Shown one piece after another: positions 24,073-36,481 of a stretch of 64,000 nucleotides of DNA (position 1 is its first letter; every line of letters begins with the position of its first letter). Source of the stretch: Schmidtea polychroa (lineage: Eukaryota). Below the pieces are notes generated by a model. That model worked only from the letters and a program-made list of their open reading frames with translations, was not told the DNA's origin and made no database searches. The stretch is taken from NCBI GenBank assembly GCA_044892525.1, contig CM097886.1:30070001-30134000 (forward strand), read 5' to 3'. The translations under genes and the position numbers were made by a program.

Positions 24073-26237
24073 ATGACATCATATTACGGTCGTAGATTCA
24101 GCGGAATCGAATATTTTATATGTCCCAAATGCAAGACTATTAACCCTTCTACTTTTAAAGAGTTTTATAGTGAACATTCTACACATTTAAACCAGTTTTT
24201 ATCAAATAAGAAGGAAATGTTTAGAGAAATCTTTAATAGGCAATCTCTTAATATAATAAATAATAATAATAACAATAAAAGGCATGCAGCAAATAAAAAT
24301 GAAGTTGTCGCAATTAAAATTATTAAAAAAGAGATTATAATTATAAGTGACGATGACGCCAATGTTGCTGAATTCCCCTCGTATTCCTATTAATCAAGTA
24401 GGAGGAGCTTTACATGTAGACGATGATTTTCATACAAACATGTAATTATTATAGACAATGACAGTAATATTGATGATGCTTATGTGCCACATCATCCTCA
24501 CCTTGATATTATACATAGATCCAAAGTTATTGATGGCATACCTGTGTACTTGCTACTTCTTGAAGATGGTGATAACTATTATTATACGGCCATTATGAAC
24601 TTGCAACGTTTAATGAATTGTCATCCTAATATAGATTGCTCGATTACAACATGCTTTTGATAGACATGTTGCATTGTGTAGTAAAAATCAGATAGGAACG
24701 ACTCTTTACACTCTTCCTACAAATAAAAACTTGCAATTCGAAAGTTTTGCAAAAACTATTACCTCACCATTTGTAATTTATGCCGATTTCGAATCGGTTT
24801 TACCTAAAGATGTAATACATCATCAAATACATTATCCAATTAACATTTTAATTAACAACTACACAAATACAAAATCATATTATAATTTCATTGGTACTGA
24901 TTGTGTTTTGAAATTTTTGTGTAAGATTGAAGAGATTGCTGACACAATAGTTATCCCCTATTATGAAATTCATGGCAAAACACCTCTAAAAACTATGACT
25001 TGGGCCGAAAATCGTGCTTTCAGTTTGTCTACAACCTGTTAACTTTGTACAAAATCTATTATTCGCAAAGTTCGAGATCATAATCATTTCTCTGGCAAGT
25101 ATCTTGGTGCTGCCTGTAGTAAATGTAATATTTCTCGGCGAATTCAAAAACAGCTTCCTGTAGTTTTTCATAACTTGAGGGGGTATGACCTTCATCATAT
25201 TTTGAAATTTGGTCTTGATAATTTTCCATCGTGGGAGTTGAATATTATCCCTACTAGCACTGAAAAATTTATATTATTAATCTCTTATATCAAAATATTG
25301 CCTGTTCGTTTTATCGATAGTATGCAATTTGTTAATTGTTCTTTGGCAAAGGCTGTAAAAACTCCTTTGTCGGATCTTCCTTTGACATCATCTGCTTTTG
25401 AAGGTTCTATTATGACTTGTAAAGGCATTTTCCATTATAATTTTGCTACTTCATTAGAAATTCTAGAATCTACTCTTGAATTGCCACCAATTTAGGATGA
25501 TGTTACGGTAGATGAATATGCTACTGCCCAACAAATTTGGACTAGGCAGAATTGTAATAATCTTTTGGACTACATGTTAACTTATCTTAAATTAGATGTA
25601 TTTCTCTTGGCTGATTATTTCCAACAATTCCGTGCAAAGGCCATTGCTTACAATGGTCTTGAACCTCTGAATTTCTATGGCATTCCTGGTATGTCATGGG
25701 CATCAGCACTCATGACGTTACAAGAGCCGATCGAACTTTTGCAGGATATGGAAATGTTCAATTTTTATGAGGGAGGAATGCGAGGTGGTTTGACATTTGT
25801 TAACAAGCATCATGTTTCAACTTTGGAGAATACAGAATTATTATATATTGATATTAATAATTTGTATGGTTGGGCTCTTAGCCAAAAACTTCCGTATTCC
25901 GATTTTACTTGAATTTATAATAATCTTGAATCTATATTGCATGAGTGTGTAAATTCGGATATTGAAACACTTTCATATGGTTACACTATGGAAGTCGATA
26001 TAAATATCCCTAATCTGTTGCAAGGTTATTTGAATGATTTCCCTCTTGCTCCGGAAAACATGTGTCCACCCGGTTCTAAAGTTGAAAAGTTGATGCTCAC
26101 GCATTGGGCCAAGAAGAACCATGTTCTTCATTGGAGACTTTTAAAACTTTATATTGAATTGGGAGCAGTCGTTGTAACTGTTCATCGTGCCATTAAATTT
26201 AAACAAGCATCAATTTTTAAAACAATTTTTAAAACAT
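24073..26237 (+). pseudogene. Protein-primed family B DNA polymerase (pPolB), 3'-truncated
   Basis: VIYADFES, KVRDHNHFSGKYLGAACSKCN, FHNLRGYDLH, RFIDSMQF, YLKLDVFLLAD, RGGLT, YIDINNLYG, DFPLAPE. Later polymerase motifs are absent (cut by foldback DNA). The 24073-24393 part may be a separate ORF. Confidence 0.92.
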
Positions 26238-28562
26238 GTTAAGTAAATTATGGTGTAAAATGTTAAATTAAGTAATACAAGGATAAATATGTAAATTAAG
26301 GATCAAATTTCTAAATAAAACTAATAATTTTAAATTAAAGTTAAATTAAAGTAATAATTTTTAAATAAAAGTAAATTAATGTAATAAGTAAATTAAAGTA
26401 AGATTTTTAAATTTATTAACAAAAAGTTTGAATAACCAACAGCTTCTGAGAAATAAAAATTTTTAAGTTAATTTTCAAAGACAAATTTAATTTGAATAAT
26501 TTTTTAAGTTAATTTTTTATAGAAATTTTAATGGAATAATTTTTAATGGAAATTTTAATGAAATAATTTTCAAAGTAAATTTTATATTGAAATTTTTATT
26601 TTTATTTTTTTCAAAGTCAATTTTAGATGAATCATTAATCCTTTAATCATTAATCATTTAATCATTAACCATCCAGTAAATAAAAAATACTAATCATTCA
26701 AGTTAATATGAATCAGCTAAGATAATAAATTAATAATTATTTTGAAATAAGATCTACTAGATAATTGATTTAGATTGAATAAATTAATTGAAATAAATTA
26801 ATTTTAATTATTTTTTTAAAAGTAATACGTATACTCAAATTAATTAACTTATTGCTCAACATATTCCAAAAATTCAGTATAAATTCATTACAATTATCAA
26901 TATCGTCAATCTACACTAAAATTAATTATCATTAAATTCCAAAAGAGACTGATAACTAATGATAAAATCTAATAAACAATTAAATTCATTTAAATGACAA
27001 TAATTGTTAAATCCAAGCAAATTCTTTAATAAAATCATCTAAAAAGCATCAAATTTCCCTAAATATATCTGTTTCAGCCGATTTTGGCGTTTTTTTATCG
27101 CGTATTTTTTTATTTACTGGATGATTAATGATTAGAATTTAAAGTTCTTTCTTGTCCATTAATTACATTTTGTTATTTATTATATTTTGAATAACTTAAA
27201 TTTTTACATTTATTTAATCCATTTTTACCTAGCTATTGGAAAATCTTGAGTTCAATTAATTTTTCATCCAATTTTATCAAGTGAAGAGTATTTTCTTTTA
27301 AAGATCAATTGTTAGTATTTGGTATCTGGTTGTTAGTTGTAGGTTGATATTTGTCGATTTCTCGATGGGTTTTGATGGTGGTTGTTAGTATCTAGTTGAG
27401 TGTTACCAATACCCTTACGACCAGTAACCTTACGACTAATACCCTTACGGCTAATACTAATACGGCTAATACCCTTAGGGGGTCAAAACATCCTGTCGGA
27501 TAAACTCCGAGTTATATAATAAAATGAATCAACAATAACTATTTATTTAATGCGATAATAAGTCAGTAGTAATCAATTAAAAGAAGAATGTTTTGTGAAT
27601 AAAATTCAATAGTCTTTCATTATAATTTTATCTTCAATTCCATGGGATGTTTTAAAGTAGTTGAGTTGACAATTATTCATTTTTTATTCAATTATTCATT
27701 AAAAAATGATTCCATTAAATTTATTTTAAAATTTAACTTCAAGAAAAATTCCATTAAAATTTTTATTTAAAATTGACTTTATAAATTATTTCATAAAAAT
27801 TTTCGTTTTAAATTTTTATTTCTCAAAAATTGACTATATTTCTAAATTTTTGGTAATAAATTTAAAAATCTTACTTTATTTACTTATTACATTAACCCTC
27901 TCCGTGTAAAAAATAATGCTGATATTTATAGTGACCCATTCTATTCCCACAAAAACTGTTACAAAATGTGCCTTCAGCTTCATCCCGATGGATTCAAAGC
28001 TGGAAAAGGGACACATCTTTCTGTTTTCTTTTTCATAATGCGCGGTGAAAACGATGTACTTTTGCAATGGCCTATGAAACTGGAAGTGACATCTTGCTTT
28101 AATGTCGAATATATAATATAGTTAACAACCAAATATAACCTATATTTACATATTTAATTCACAAAGATTAGCATCTAAAATTGACTTTGAAAAATATCTC
28201 ATAAAAATTTCAATATAAAATTTACTTTGAAAATTATTTCATTAAAATTTCCATTAAAAATTATTCCATTAAAATTTCTATAAAAAATTAACTTAAAAAA
28301 TTATTCAAATTAAATTTGTCTTTGAAAATTAACTTAAAAATTTTTATTTCTCAGAAGCTGTTGGTTATTCAAACTTTTTAATAATAAATTTAAAAATCTT
28401 ACTTTAATTTACTTATTACATTAATTTACTTTTATTTAAAAATTATTACTTTAATTTAACTTTAATTTAAAATTATTACTTTTATTTAAAAATTTGATCC
28501 TTAATTTACATATTTATCCTTGTATTACTTAATTTAACATTTTACACCATAATTTACTTAAC
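26238..28562. mobile_element. AT-rich foldback-like structure with about 360-bp inverted arms
   Basis: 26238-26599 is a near-perfect reverse complement of 28201-28562; related direct partial copies at about 27700-27895 and 28560-28900. Confidence 0.8.
27900..28103 (+). pseudogene. TRAF: Fragment of a TRAF-family MATH/TRAF-C domain
   Basis: Manual translation IYSDPFYSHKNCYKMCLQLHPDGFKAGKGTHLSVFFFIMRGENDVLLQWPMKLEVT matches the TRAF motif S.PFYT..GYKMC.R.Y.NG.G.GKGTHLSLFFVIMRGEYDALL.WPF. No start codon; embedded in repeat DNA. Confidence 0.88.
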
Positions 28563-29249
28563 TACCAAATATAACCATTATTTTCATACTTAACCGATAA
28601 TTTCATGTGGTCATTGATTAATTCACAGAGATTTGCATCTAAAATTAACATTGAAAAATATTTCATAAAAATTTCCATCTAAAATTAACTTAAAAATTAT
28701 TTCATAAAAATTTTCATTTAAATTTATCTTAAAAAATTTTATTTCTCAGAAGCTGTTGTTTATTCTAATTATATTTATATGGTTAATTTAATTATAATAA
28801 AATTATTGCTTTAATTTACTTATTTAACTTTTATTTACAATTTTAGACCATTGATTACTTAATTTTAAAAATTAGCCACTAATTTACCTATTTATTCTTA
28901 ATTTACCTATTTATCTTAACTAACTTAGCCAAATTTACTTTAATTCAATTTTTAGACCCAAAATTTACTTTAATTTAAAAACTTGAACCTTAAATGACTT
29001 ATTTGAACCCATTGATTACTTTAATTTTAAATTTTGAACCTTAATTTACTTTAATTTAATTTTTTAGACCATTGATTACATCAATTACTTTAATTCAATT
29101 ATTAGACTCATAATTTACTTTAATTTAAAATTTTAGACATTAATTTACTTTAGTTTAATTTTTTAGAACCTTAATTTACTATATTTCAAATTTTGAGACC
29201 ATCGATTATTTAATTTAAAAATTTAATTAAAAATTTTTGAAGACTACCT

Positions 29250-29580
29250 TTTTCTATTGAAAATATCCTGAGACCTTAAATTACCATGCATTTTTAGTGT
29301 AAACCACCTTTTTCTATCGATAATTCATGAGACCTTAAATTACTATGGCTTTTTAGTGATAGTCAGATTTTGTATTGAAAATATCCTGAGAGCTTAATTT
29401 ACCATGCTTTTTAGTGTAAATTATCTTTTTGTATTGAAAATCCCAATACCAAGGAGACCCCCTCACTATAGTCTGAGAAATCATGAATTCTCAGGTTCCA
29501 TCGAGACCCCCTCACTATAGTCAGAAAAAAATTTATTTGTATTGAAAAAATATTTTTGAATTGAAAATCCCAGAAAAAAA
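29250..29580. repeat. Degenerate about 58-bp tandem repeats and duplicated GAGACCCCCTCACTATAGTC motif
   Basis: GAGACCTTAAATTAC(C/T)ATG...TTTTAGTG units seen three times; the 20-mer occurs near 29454 and 29503. Confidence 0.65.
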
Positions 29581-30124
29581 AGTGTAGGCCACTACAACAA
29601 TTATGTAATCAAAAAATGTAAGTTATTAAATTATCGTCAATTTTAATGGAATTTTTAAACGAAGGTTTGGAAGTATATTTGACTAATTTACTGTCGGTTG
29701 TACAAAGACGAAGATTCATTCTCCTTAAATTTTCTATAGTTTTACCATATAAACTGTTATTTTACAATTTATAATAATTTTTGTCTAAACTATTTGTACC
29801 TTTTGCTCTTAATTCGGTATTGTTGTCTATATATTTTTTAAAAATTGGAGATTGCTTAAACCTTACAGCTCTATTTACGCATGTAACTTTAACACCAAGT
29901 GCCAAGTATAATTTTAATAATCTCCAATGAATCACATAATTACATATCTCATATCAAAATAAATAACTTCCACAACAACACCAAAACTATAATTAAGTAT
30001 TACAAGATCTAAAACAGTAAAGGAGTCTCGTCAATATCGACTACACAAGATCTCAGATAACACACAATGTCAAAGATGTATTACGCAGACTTGACATGCA
30101 GGATTAGAACATAGGCGCAATCGA

Positions 30125-30904
30125 TCACAAAGTAGATGGAGATGTGCCAGCAAATAGTTCGTCCAAATCAAAAAAATCAACAGCATCTTCTTCCCACGAG
30201 GTACTAGGAGGAGGCACCATTCGAAATTGTCGAGTTGGCACGGTTAACACCACTGCCTGGGTTTGTAAAGCTGCCTGGACATTTTCAGCTTCTCGTTCGG
30301 CTTGTACCATTTTTCGCCTTTTGTTCCGCTTGACTCGCATCGGTTGCCGGTGTTTGGAGTTTTTCTGAGGTATCGGAAGAGTGACCGATTCCAGTAGGAC
30401 GACGGAATTTGGAACCGTTTGACTGATGCCGGTGATGCAGACGTCAGGAGTCGTGGGTAATAGAAAAATATTCACACAACTAGTACAGGCTTTATTCACT
30501 GGTCGAATGGGGTCTATTGGGTAGTGATGATTCGAGAAGACATTGTCCTCCGCTATCGGCACATTAGCGATTTTCTTTGATTGTCACGTGCACGTAGACC
30601 TTGTGCAGGGCCTGGCTGTTCTTTGACTAGCAACGAGCGGCTCTCCTCAATCAGGCTATTGCGACAGTGCTCGGCTCGCGACAACTTCATTCGCACTTCT
30701 TTCATTTGAGCAGGCGTGAAATAGATCCTTTCGAGATGGTCTGTCTTCTTCTTCAGGAGGCCTATCTGGGTCTGCAGAATTTTGATGATTGCGTTCTTGT
30801 CGGCACATGAGAAACATGGCCGAAGAAGTGTTGTAGTTGTTGGGTTCTTTGATATTTCTAAATCGATAACGAAAAATAAAGTATAGGCGAATCAGATAGA
30901 TCAA
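30125..30904 (-). pseudogene. Orphan about 260-codon GC-rich reading frame broken by three stops
   Basis: ORFs 30656-30904 and 30125-30562 share one frame and are linked by codons with TAG, TGA, TGA; basic patch RVKRNKRRK; acidic C-terminus. Confidence 0.4.
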
Positions 30905-31299
30905 CGTAAGTAAACGTACAACTACAAGTAGATAGCAAAACTGATAATCGAACGGAAAGTTCCCTTTTCTAGCGTGCCTTCCCCGCGAAGATTACATACA
31001 ATTCAGCACACGAGATGAATACAGGTAAATCAAAGTTCAGGTCCCTTAACGAGGGGAAACAGAAGTGAGCTAAAGAACGCGTCTCTGACAAGCGTCGGTT
31101 TACCCTTAGAGAGATGGATGGTGTGGTCATTTCTAGATTATTGACGGTAGATTCGAATGAGCAGACAAGTTTATCTGATGGGTCTTTGGTTTAAATCAGA
31201 TGGAAATGGACAAAACCCAAGAGGCAGGATAAAAATAGGAGACTAGTTATCATTCGTCAACAATTTGGGTCCAACTTAGTGGGTACGCCGAATTGTTGT

Positions 31300-31975
31300 C
31301 GCCTACATTATTCATTTTATGATCATTTCTGAGTTTATTGTCATCATCTTTATATTCATGATTATTATCTTTATTCATTTGCAAAATTATTATTACCATC
31401 ACCATTACTACCATTATTTATTGGTGTTAGGACCCTCTTCATTATCATTACTATTCTTAACATAATTATTATTATTATCATTACACTTGTTATTAGTGTT
31501 ATTATTATAACTACTATCATAACCATGACTACCGTTAATTATTACACTTATTATCATTACTATTATTATTACAATCATGATTACTATTATCATTACAGTT
31601 ATTAGTATCGTTATTATTATAACCATTATTATGACGACGACTATTATTATCATTACCCTTATTATTATTATTACTATTATTATTATAATCATGATTATTA
31701 TTAACATTTCAATTATTATTATTGTTATTATTATAACTAGTATTAGGATGATGATTATTATTATCACCACAATTCTTCTTCTTATTATTATAATCATGAT
31801 TATTACTATCATTACAATTATTATCATTGTTATTATTATAAATAGTATTAGGATGATGATTATTATTATTATTATTATTATTGTAATGATTATTATTATG
31901 GTTATTATTCTTATTACTACGACTATTATTCTCATTAATATCCCCATTATTGATTTATACTGATAATCCACCATT
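31300..31975 (-). repeat. Degenerate (AAT)-based repeat reading as a decayed Asn-rich coding sequence
   Basis: The minus frame gives repeated NNHDYNN...NNNHHPNT.YNNN.NNCND units with one TGA and a frameshift; the listed Ile-rich ORFs are off-frame readings. Confidence 0.55.
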
Positions 31976-32397
31976 CACTCCGCCGCATGCTACTTTCGAC
32001 TCAGCTATTACAAATTTGTATCAAATCATTCTCAGGTGGGAATTTATTACTGATACAGCTAGGATAAGCCATTGAAAATTTCAGAAAAATTATTTACCCA
32101 ATTTCGTCAAAAATTTTGTTAGAACCCGATTATGTAATGCCTAGATAAGTTGGGAATGTGAGATTAAATCGTTGCCTCTGATCTTGTTAATGATGTCGGA
32201 GTGTTGAGTGTATTTTTATTTCAAGACTAATAGAATGAAAGATTTGTATATCGGATACACGAGGCCTTAGGTTGTGTGTACAATCTAAAGCCGTGTTTCT
32301 TGTGCGCGGATAAGAATGTGACTCTCAGTAACAACCAGAAGGGTTACTGAAAAGAAAGATAGACCATTTAGAGGGCACCTGGTTTAATCCGGCCCAC

Positions 32398-33027
32398 ATG
32401 AAAAAAGCCAACCGAAAAATCTTGCGCTTGGAGCACTGTCGATACAGTGTTCTCGAGGAGAATCGAAACCTGTGCATCACAATTAAATCGCAGTCAGAAG
32501 CCCTCCACCAGGTCTACACTGAGTCGGAAATTAGAAAACGGGTTTCTGAACGCCAAATTCTGGACGCAACAAAAGTGTTCCCCATCCACCACATGTACAA
32601 AAGTTCGTCATCGATTTCGAAGACTTCTTGTACCAATCACGGGGTAAATCCACCTTATCTGTCTCCTGAAGTAGAGTACATCGGGTCCAGCACCGTCTCA
32701 ACTAAACCGATTTCTATCACAACACTGCCTTCAGCGAGTACCGCTCCTGCTACGGAAAATAATCTCCTCTGTCGACTAAAGAGAAAGTTCATGACGCGCG
32801 CGGAAAAATCCAAGCGAAAGCGGGACGAAAAGGCAGCTGTAGAAGCGGTACTGTTTTCAATTGCGTCCGTCGTTCCGCCGCTGACAGCGAGGCCGGGGAA
32901 ACTGCGGGCTCCTTCATTTCACGTGGTACCTCTGACAGCAACACTTTGGGCACACGACGAACGACTAATTTCGGACATCGAATTCATAATGCAAGATGGA
33001 AATGGAGAGGGTTGGGTTGCAAAGTAG
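32398..33027 (+). CDS. Orphan 209-aa ORF (coiled-coil-like N-terminus, Ser/Thr linker, basic patch)
   Basis: Uninterrupted GC-rich ORF in AT-rich context; no family recognised. Confidence 0.4.
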   Translation: MKKANRKILRLEHCRYSVLEENRNLCITIKSQSEALHQVYTESEIRKRVSERQILDATKVFPIHHMYKSSSSISKTSCTNHGVNPPYLSPEVEYIGSSTVSTKPISITTLPSASTAPATENNLLCRLKRKFMTRAEKSKRKRDEKAAVEAVLFSIASVVPPLTARPGKLRAPSFHVVPLTATLWAHDERLISDIEFIMQDGNGEGWVAK

Positions 33028-34899
33028 ATCGTTCTATGAAACTTTCCTTCGATCTATTTTCCGTTCTCATTGAATTTTGGTGTGTATCATGTTTTGTTTA
33101 TAATGTCAGTGGGAGTATATTAAATAAATCATTGTTTTATGTTGATTGGTCTACGTTTTTCTTTAACCACGTTTGATCGGTATGGTTTTTCTTTTTTCCC
33201 TTTTCTACATTAAGCGATCTAGATGAATACGTATGATATTCTCCTTGGACCAGGGTTTAACAAAAGAAGTTTCTGTATGATTTCTGAATTATTTCATAGG
33301 GATTGTAAGCCTTCTATCGGCCTTTGAACCCGTAATGACAACACTATGGAGAATAGTTTTGAGACAGAAGCTCACCTGTCCATAAGTCTTCAGCTACTAT
33401 GTGCAGTACCAACATGGTCGTCACCATGGGCACATAAGTAGTCATCGCAACAATCACCTTGGCGTCTAGGATGGGGTTTTGCTGAGACAACTGGAATCTT
33501 CCCTAGTCACGATTTTGAGTAGGACCCACCCCTAGGCGCCAACATGATTTTTGGGGGCTCAGCCGGGATTGAGATCTACTTAATTAAAAGAAGTTGAGTG
33601 ATTTGATTGATATGACAAAGTTGATTGGTCTATGTCATTGTTATAATCATCAAAATTGGGAAAATGAAAATCGGGAAAAGGATAAGAAATAGGTTAAAGA
33701 CAAATAATAACCAGTAAAAATAAAAGTTTCTAGTGATTAAGTAAATGGAAAGAGATCTGACCGGGAAATGAGGAGGGAAAGTCATAAAATAATTATAAAG
33801 TCAAAATAATAATAACAAATAAAGAAACAAATTTCCTTAACCAATTATAATAAATTAACCGCAGAAAATAAGAACCAAAATAAAACAACAATAATAACAA
33901 GAACAAAAATTGGAAATTTTTTTTGTAAACATTAAATAATTAGCAATTATAAATAACTAGAAAATTAATTATTTAAGTAACAGATATGTCAGAAGCACAA
34001 GAACATTTGCAGAGAATAATCAAATTCGCCAACATAGAGAACGACTCCATAAGTACGCTAACAGAAAAACTCATACAAATCGAAAGTATCAAACAACAAC
34101 ACCGTGACGACCAACAGTTAACGTCAACGCGTAACCTTTTTATCATCGGACTCTGTCAATAAGATAATAAGATGGGATTATCCACCAGTTATTAATGGTA
34201 TAAAATGGAACATGTTATATTTGTAAAGCACAGCCTAGCCGAATATTGATTCTTCCATGAGGTCTCTGTGAGAATTGTAGCATGAATCTGGAAAACTGCT
34301 CGGTATGTCAATGTGAAATAAAAGAAATGCACGTAGTGTACTATGAATAGAATAACTATCTATTATGAAAACATTCAAATAAGAAATCACTGTCCTATGC
34401 TTTTTGATGAATGTATAAGTATGTGTAAAACGATGTGAAATAATTATTAAAAATTAATGATTTATTTTTCTTGTTATTTGATTTTGTGCTATTATATTTA
34501 AAAATTTTATAAAGAGAAAAAGAAAACCTGATAATATAAAGTGGAGTTAATCCCAATATAGGAAATTACATATAAACCGAGCCACCTTCGGGAGGTACGA
34601 TACACCAAACCAATTGGAAGGGATAACCGATCACCCTGAGTAAGAAATGTAGGACGAGGTACCATTGCAAATGATGAGATGTTTCTGCGGCATGACTGAT
34701 CACCATGCCAATGTGGAAATGGATCATCGCGATCGTTGTGCATTTCAAGCAAAGAGAAAAAGGGGAAACATTCCTAAGCGGTAAAGTAAGAAATAACTAC
34801 ATGTAGACAACGACCCTAAAAAGTAAAAGATCAGAGTATAAGTGAACCTGGGACGAGAAATAAGAAAGATCATGTGAGAAAATCCACGAGTCTATAAAA

Positions 34900-35090
34900 A
34901 GTCGACTTAAATTTAGTAAAACTGAGTTATGGAAAGCACCGCCAGTTATCAGAAGCTTGAAAAGTCAGCTTAAATTGAGTAAAACTGAGTTAGGGAAAGC
35001 ACTTCCAGTTATTAGAAGCTTGAAAAGTCAGCTGAGTTGGAGAAAGTTCCACTAGATAATAGAAGCTTGAAAAGTCAGCATAAAATAAGT
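34900..35090. repeat. About 50-63-bp tandem repeats (AGAAGCTTGAAAAGTCAGC core)
   Basis: The core is seen three times, with GGAAAGCAC motifs between copies. Confidence 0.7.
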
Positions 35091-35376
35091 AATTGAGGTA
35101 GAGAACGCATCACCAAGATAAAACAGCTAGCTAGGAAAAATAAATCGTTGAGGTAGGGAAAGCACCACCCAATCACTAGAGGTTAGGAATGTCAACCATA
35201 AAAGATAAAGTTAAATGAGCTCAACAGTAATAATAGTAAACACCCTCAAAATAAGTATAGGAAATAACAGTATATAGAATAAAATCAAAGAGATAAGATA
35301 GTACAATAACTGAATCAATTAAAGAGAAATAGATTAATAAAGCTGCAGCATAGGAATAAATGAAAAATTGTTTTGT

Positions 35377-35601
35377 GGTTTCGAAAGCTGAAGCCCCCGA
35401 GGCCTGAATAAGTGTTGTAGTCTCGAAAGCAGAGACCAATAGAATAAGAATTTTGATGATTAAAATGAAGCAAGAGGGGAAAGAGATTTTTCTTTAAGTT
35501 TCGAAAGCGGAAACTAACAAGATAAGAATTTTTAGTAGTCTCGAAAGCAGAGACCAATAAGATAGAAATTTTGATTTAATCGATTATTTCGAAACCAGAA
35601 A
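35377..35601 (+). promoter_or_regulatory. Array of five small hairpins with a conserved GAAA(G/C)CN loop
   Basis: GGTTTC-GAAAGCT-GAAGCC (35377), GTCTC-GAAAGCA-GAGAC (35420, 35538), AGTTTC-GAAAGCG-GAAACT (35497), TTTC-GAAACCA-GAAA (35587). Function is inferred only. Confidence 0.5.
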
Positions 35602-36055
35602 CAAATTAAATGAGAATTTTTGCAGTGTTAGGAATAGAATAAAATGAAAGGGATGCGCAAAAAGTGGAATAAGTAAATGGGGGGAAATTATAGGTGACAT
35701 ACCGACAACGACCTATCAGTATTATAATTGATAAAAAATAGATAATTTTTACGACCATATAGATAATTAATTACTATCCCATATAGATGATTTAAAATCG
35801 ATTAAAAATATGGGATTATGGGTAATTATAACCCGCGAAGAATAATGGAAGTAAAATATGAAAGGGAGAATAAAACAGGGACCCTTAAAGAGGTGTCTTT
35901 TGTGAACTAAAGAAAGGATGATGAAGTCGTGTAAGTGACTGCAACGCGGTCTCATTTTTAAATTGTAGATTCAATCCAAACCAAGTCCAAGTCAATTCCG
36001 AACCTGCACAAGGAGAAAACTAAGGCACCAAAGGAACACGGAGACTATTTGTGGA

Positions 36056-36421
36056 GTGAGAGGATGTTATAACTGCGGACAAGCAGGGCACATCTCGAGA
36101 GAATGCAGAGAGAGGAACCAACAACAAAGACCTCTTCCAAGATTGAATAATTACCAAAATTACCAGCCCCGACAAAGCAATCTTAACGAAGGAAAACAGA
36201 TGAATTTGATGCAAGAAATATCACAAATGAAGCAGATGATTCAGCAACTGATGCACGCAAGCCAACCACAAATACCGCAGCAAACTCAAAATATCCGAAT
36301 GATGAGGAGTACAGAGAATTTGAAAATTATGGATTTCAACAACAACATGCACAAGAGTTACAAGCAGAATTACAAGCAGATTACAAGCAGAAGAAGAAAG
36401 AGTGAAACAAAAGCGTTATAA
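36056..36421 (+). pseudogene. Gag-like fragment with a CCHC zinc knuckle and Gln-rich tail
   Basis: CYNCGQAGHISREC (CX2CX4HX4C) at 36065-36106. Confidence 0.7.
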
Positions 36422-36481
36422 ACAAAGACAAAGTCAACCATTACAAATAAATATGATGTGGATGGTGTTTAATTCGATGCT

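Larger units (their letters stand above)
4370..26237 (+). mobile_element. Decayed Polinton/Maverick (adintovirus-like) endogenous viral element with nested insertions
   Basis: Co-oriented ATPase, core protein, integrase, penton, pX-like, major capsid, adenain and pPolB remnants. No terminal inverted repeats found; both ends are truncated. Confidence 0.92.

Noticed and set aside
4741-26237. Possible stop-codon reassignment, given many in-frame TAA/TAG/TGA in otherwise good frames
   Set aside because: The stops replace different expected residues (Trp, Arg, Tyr and others) and occur only in mobile-element copies; the SAMHD1 and STAC exons have none. Ordinary decay explains them.
29454-29525. 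CCCTCACTATAG resembling T7/T3 promoter or vector sequence
   Set aside because: Only a 10-12 nt match, duplicated as part of a local repeat, with no vector flanks.
31414-31974. Two long Ile-rich transmembrane-looking ORFs
   Set aside because: Off-frame and antisense readings of an AAT-based repeat.
35377-35601. CRISPR-like array of palindromic repeats
   Set aside because: Eukaryotic context, repeats too short, irregular spacing, spacers similar to each other, no cas genes.
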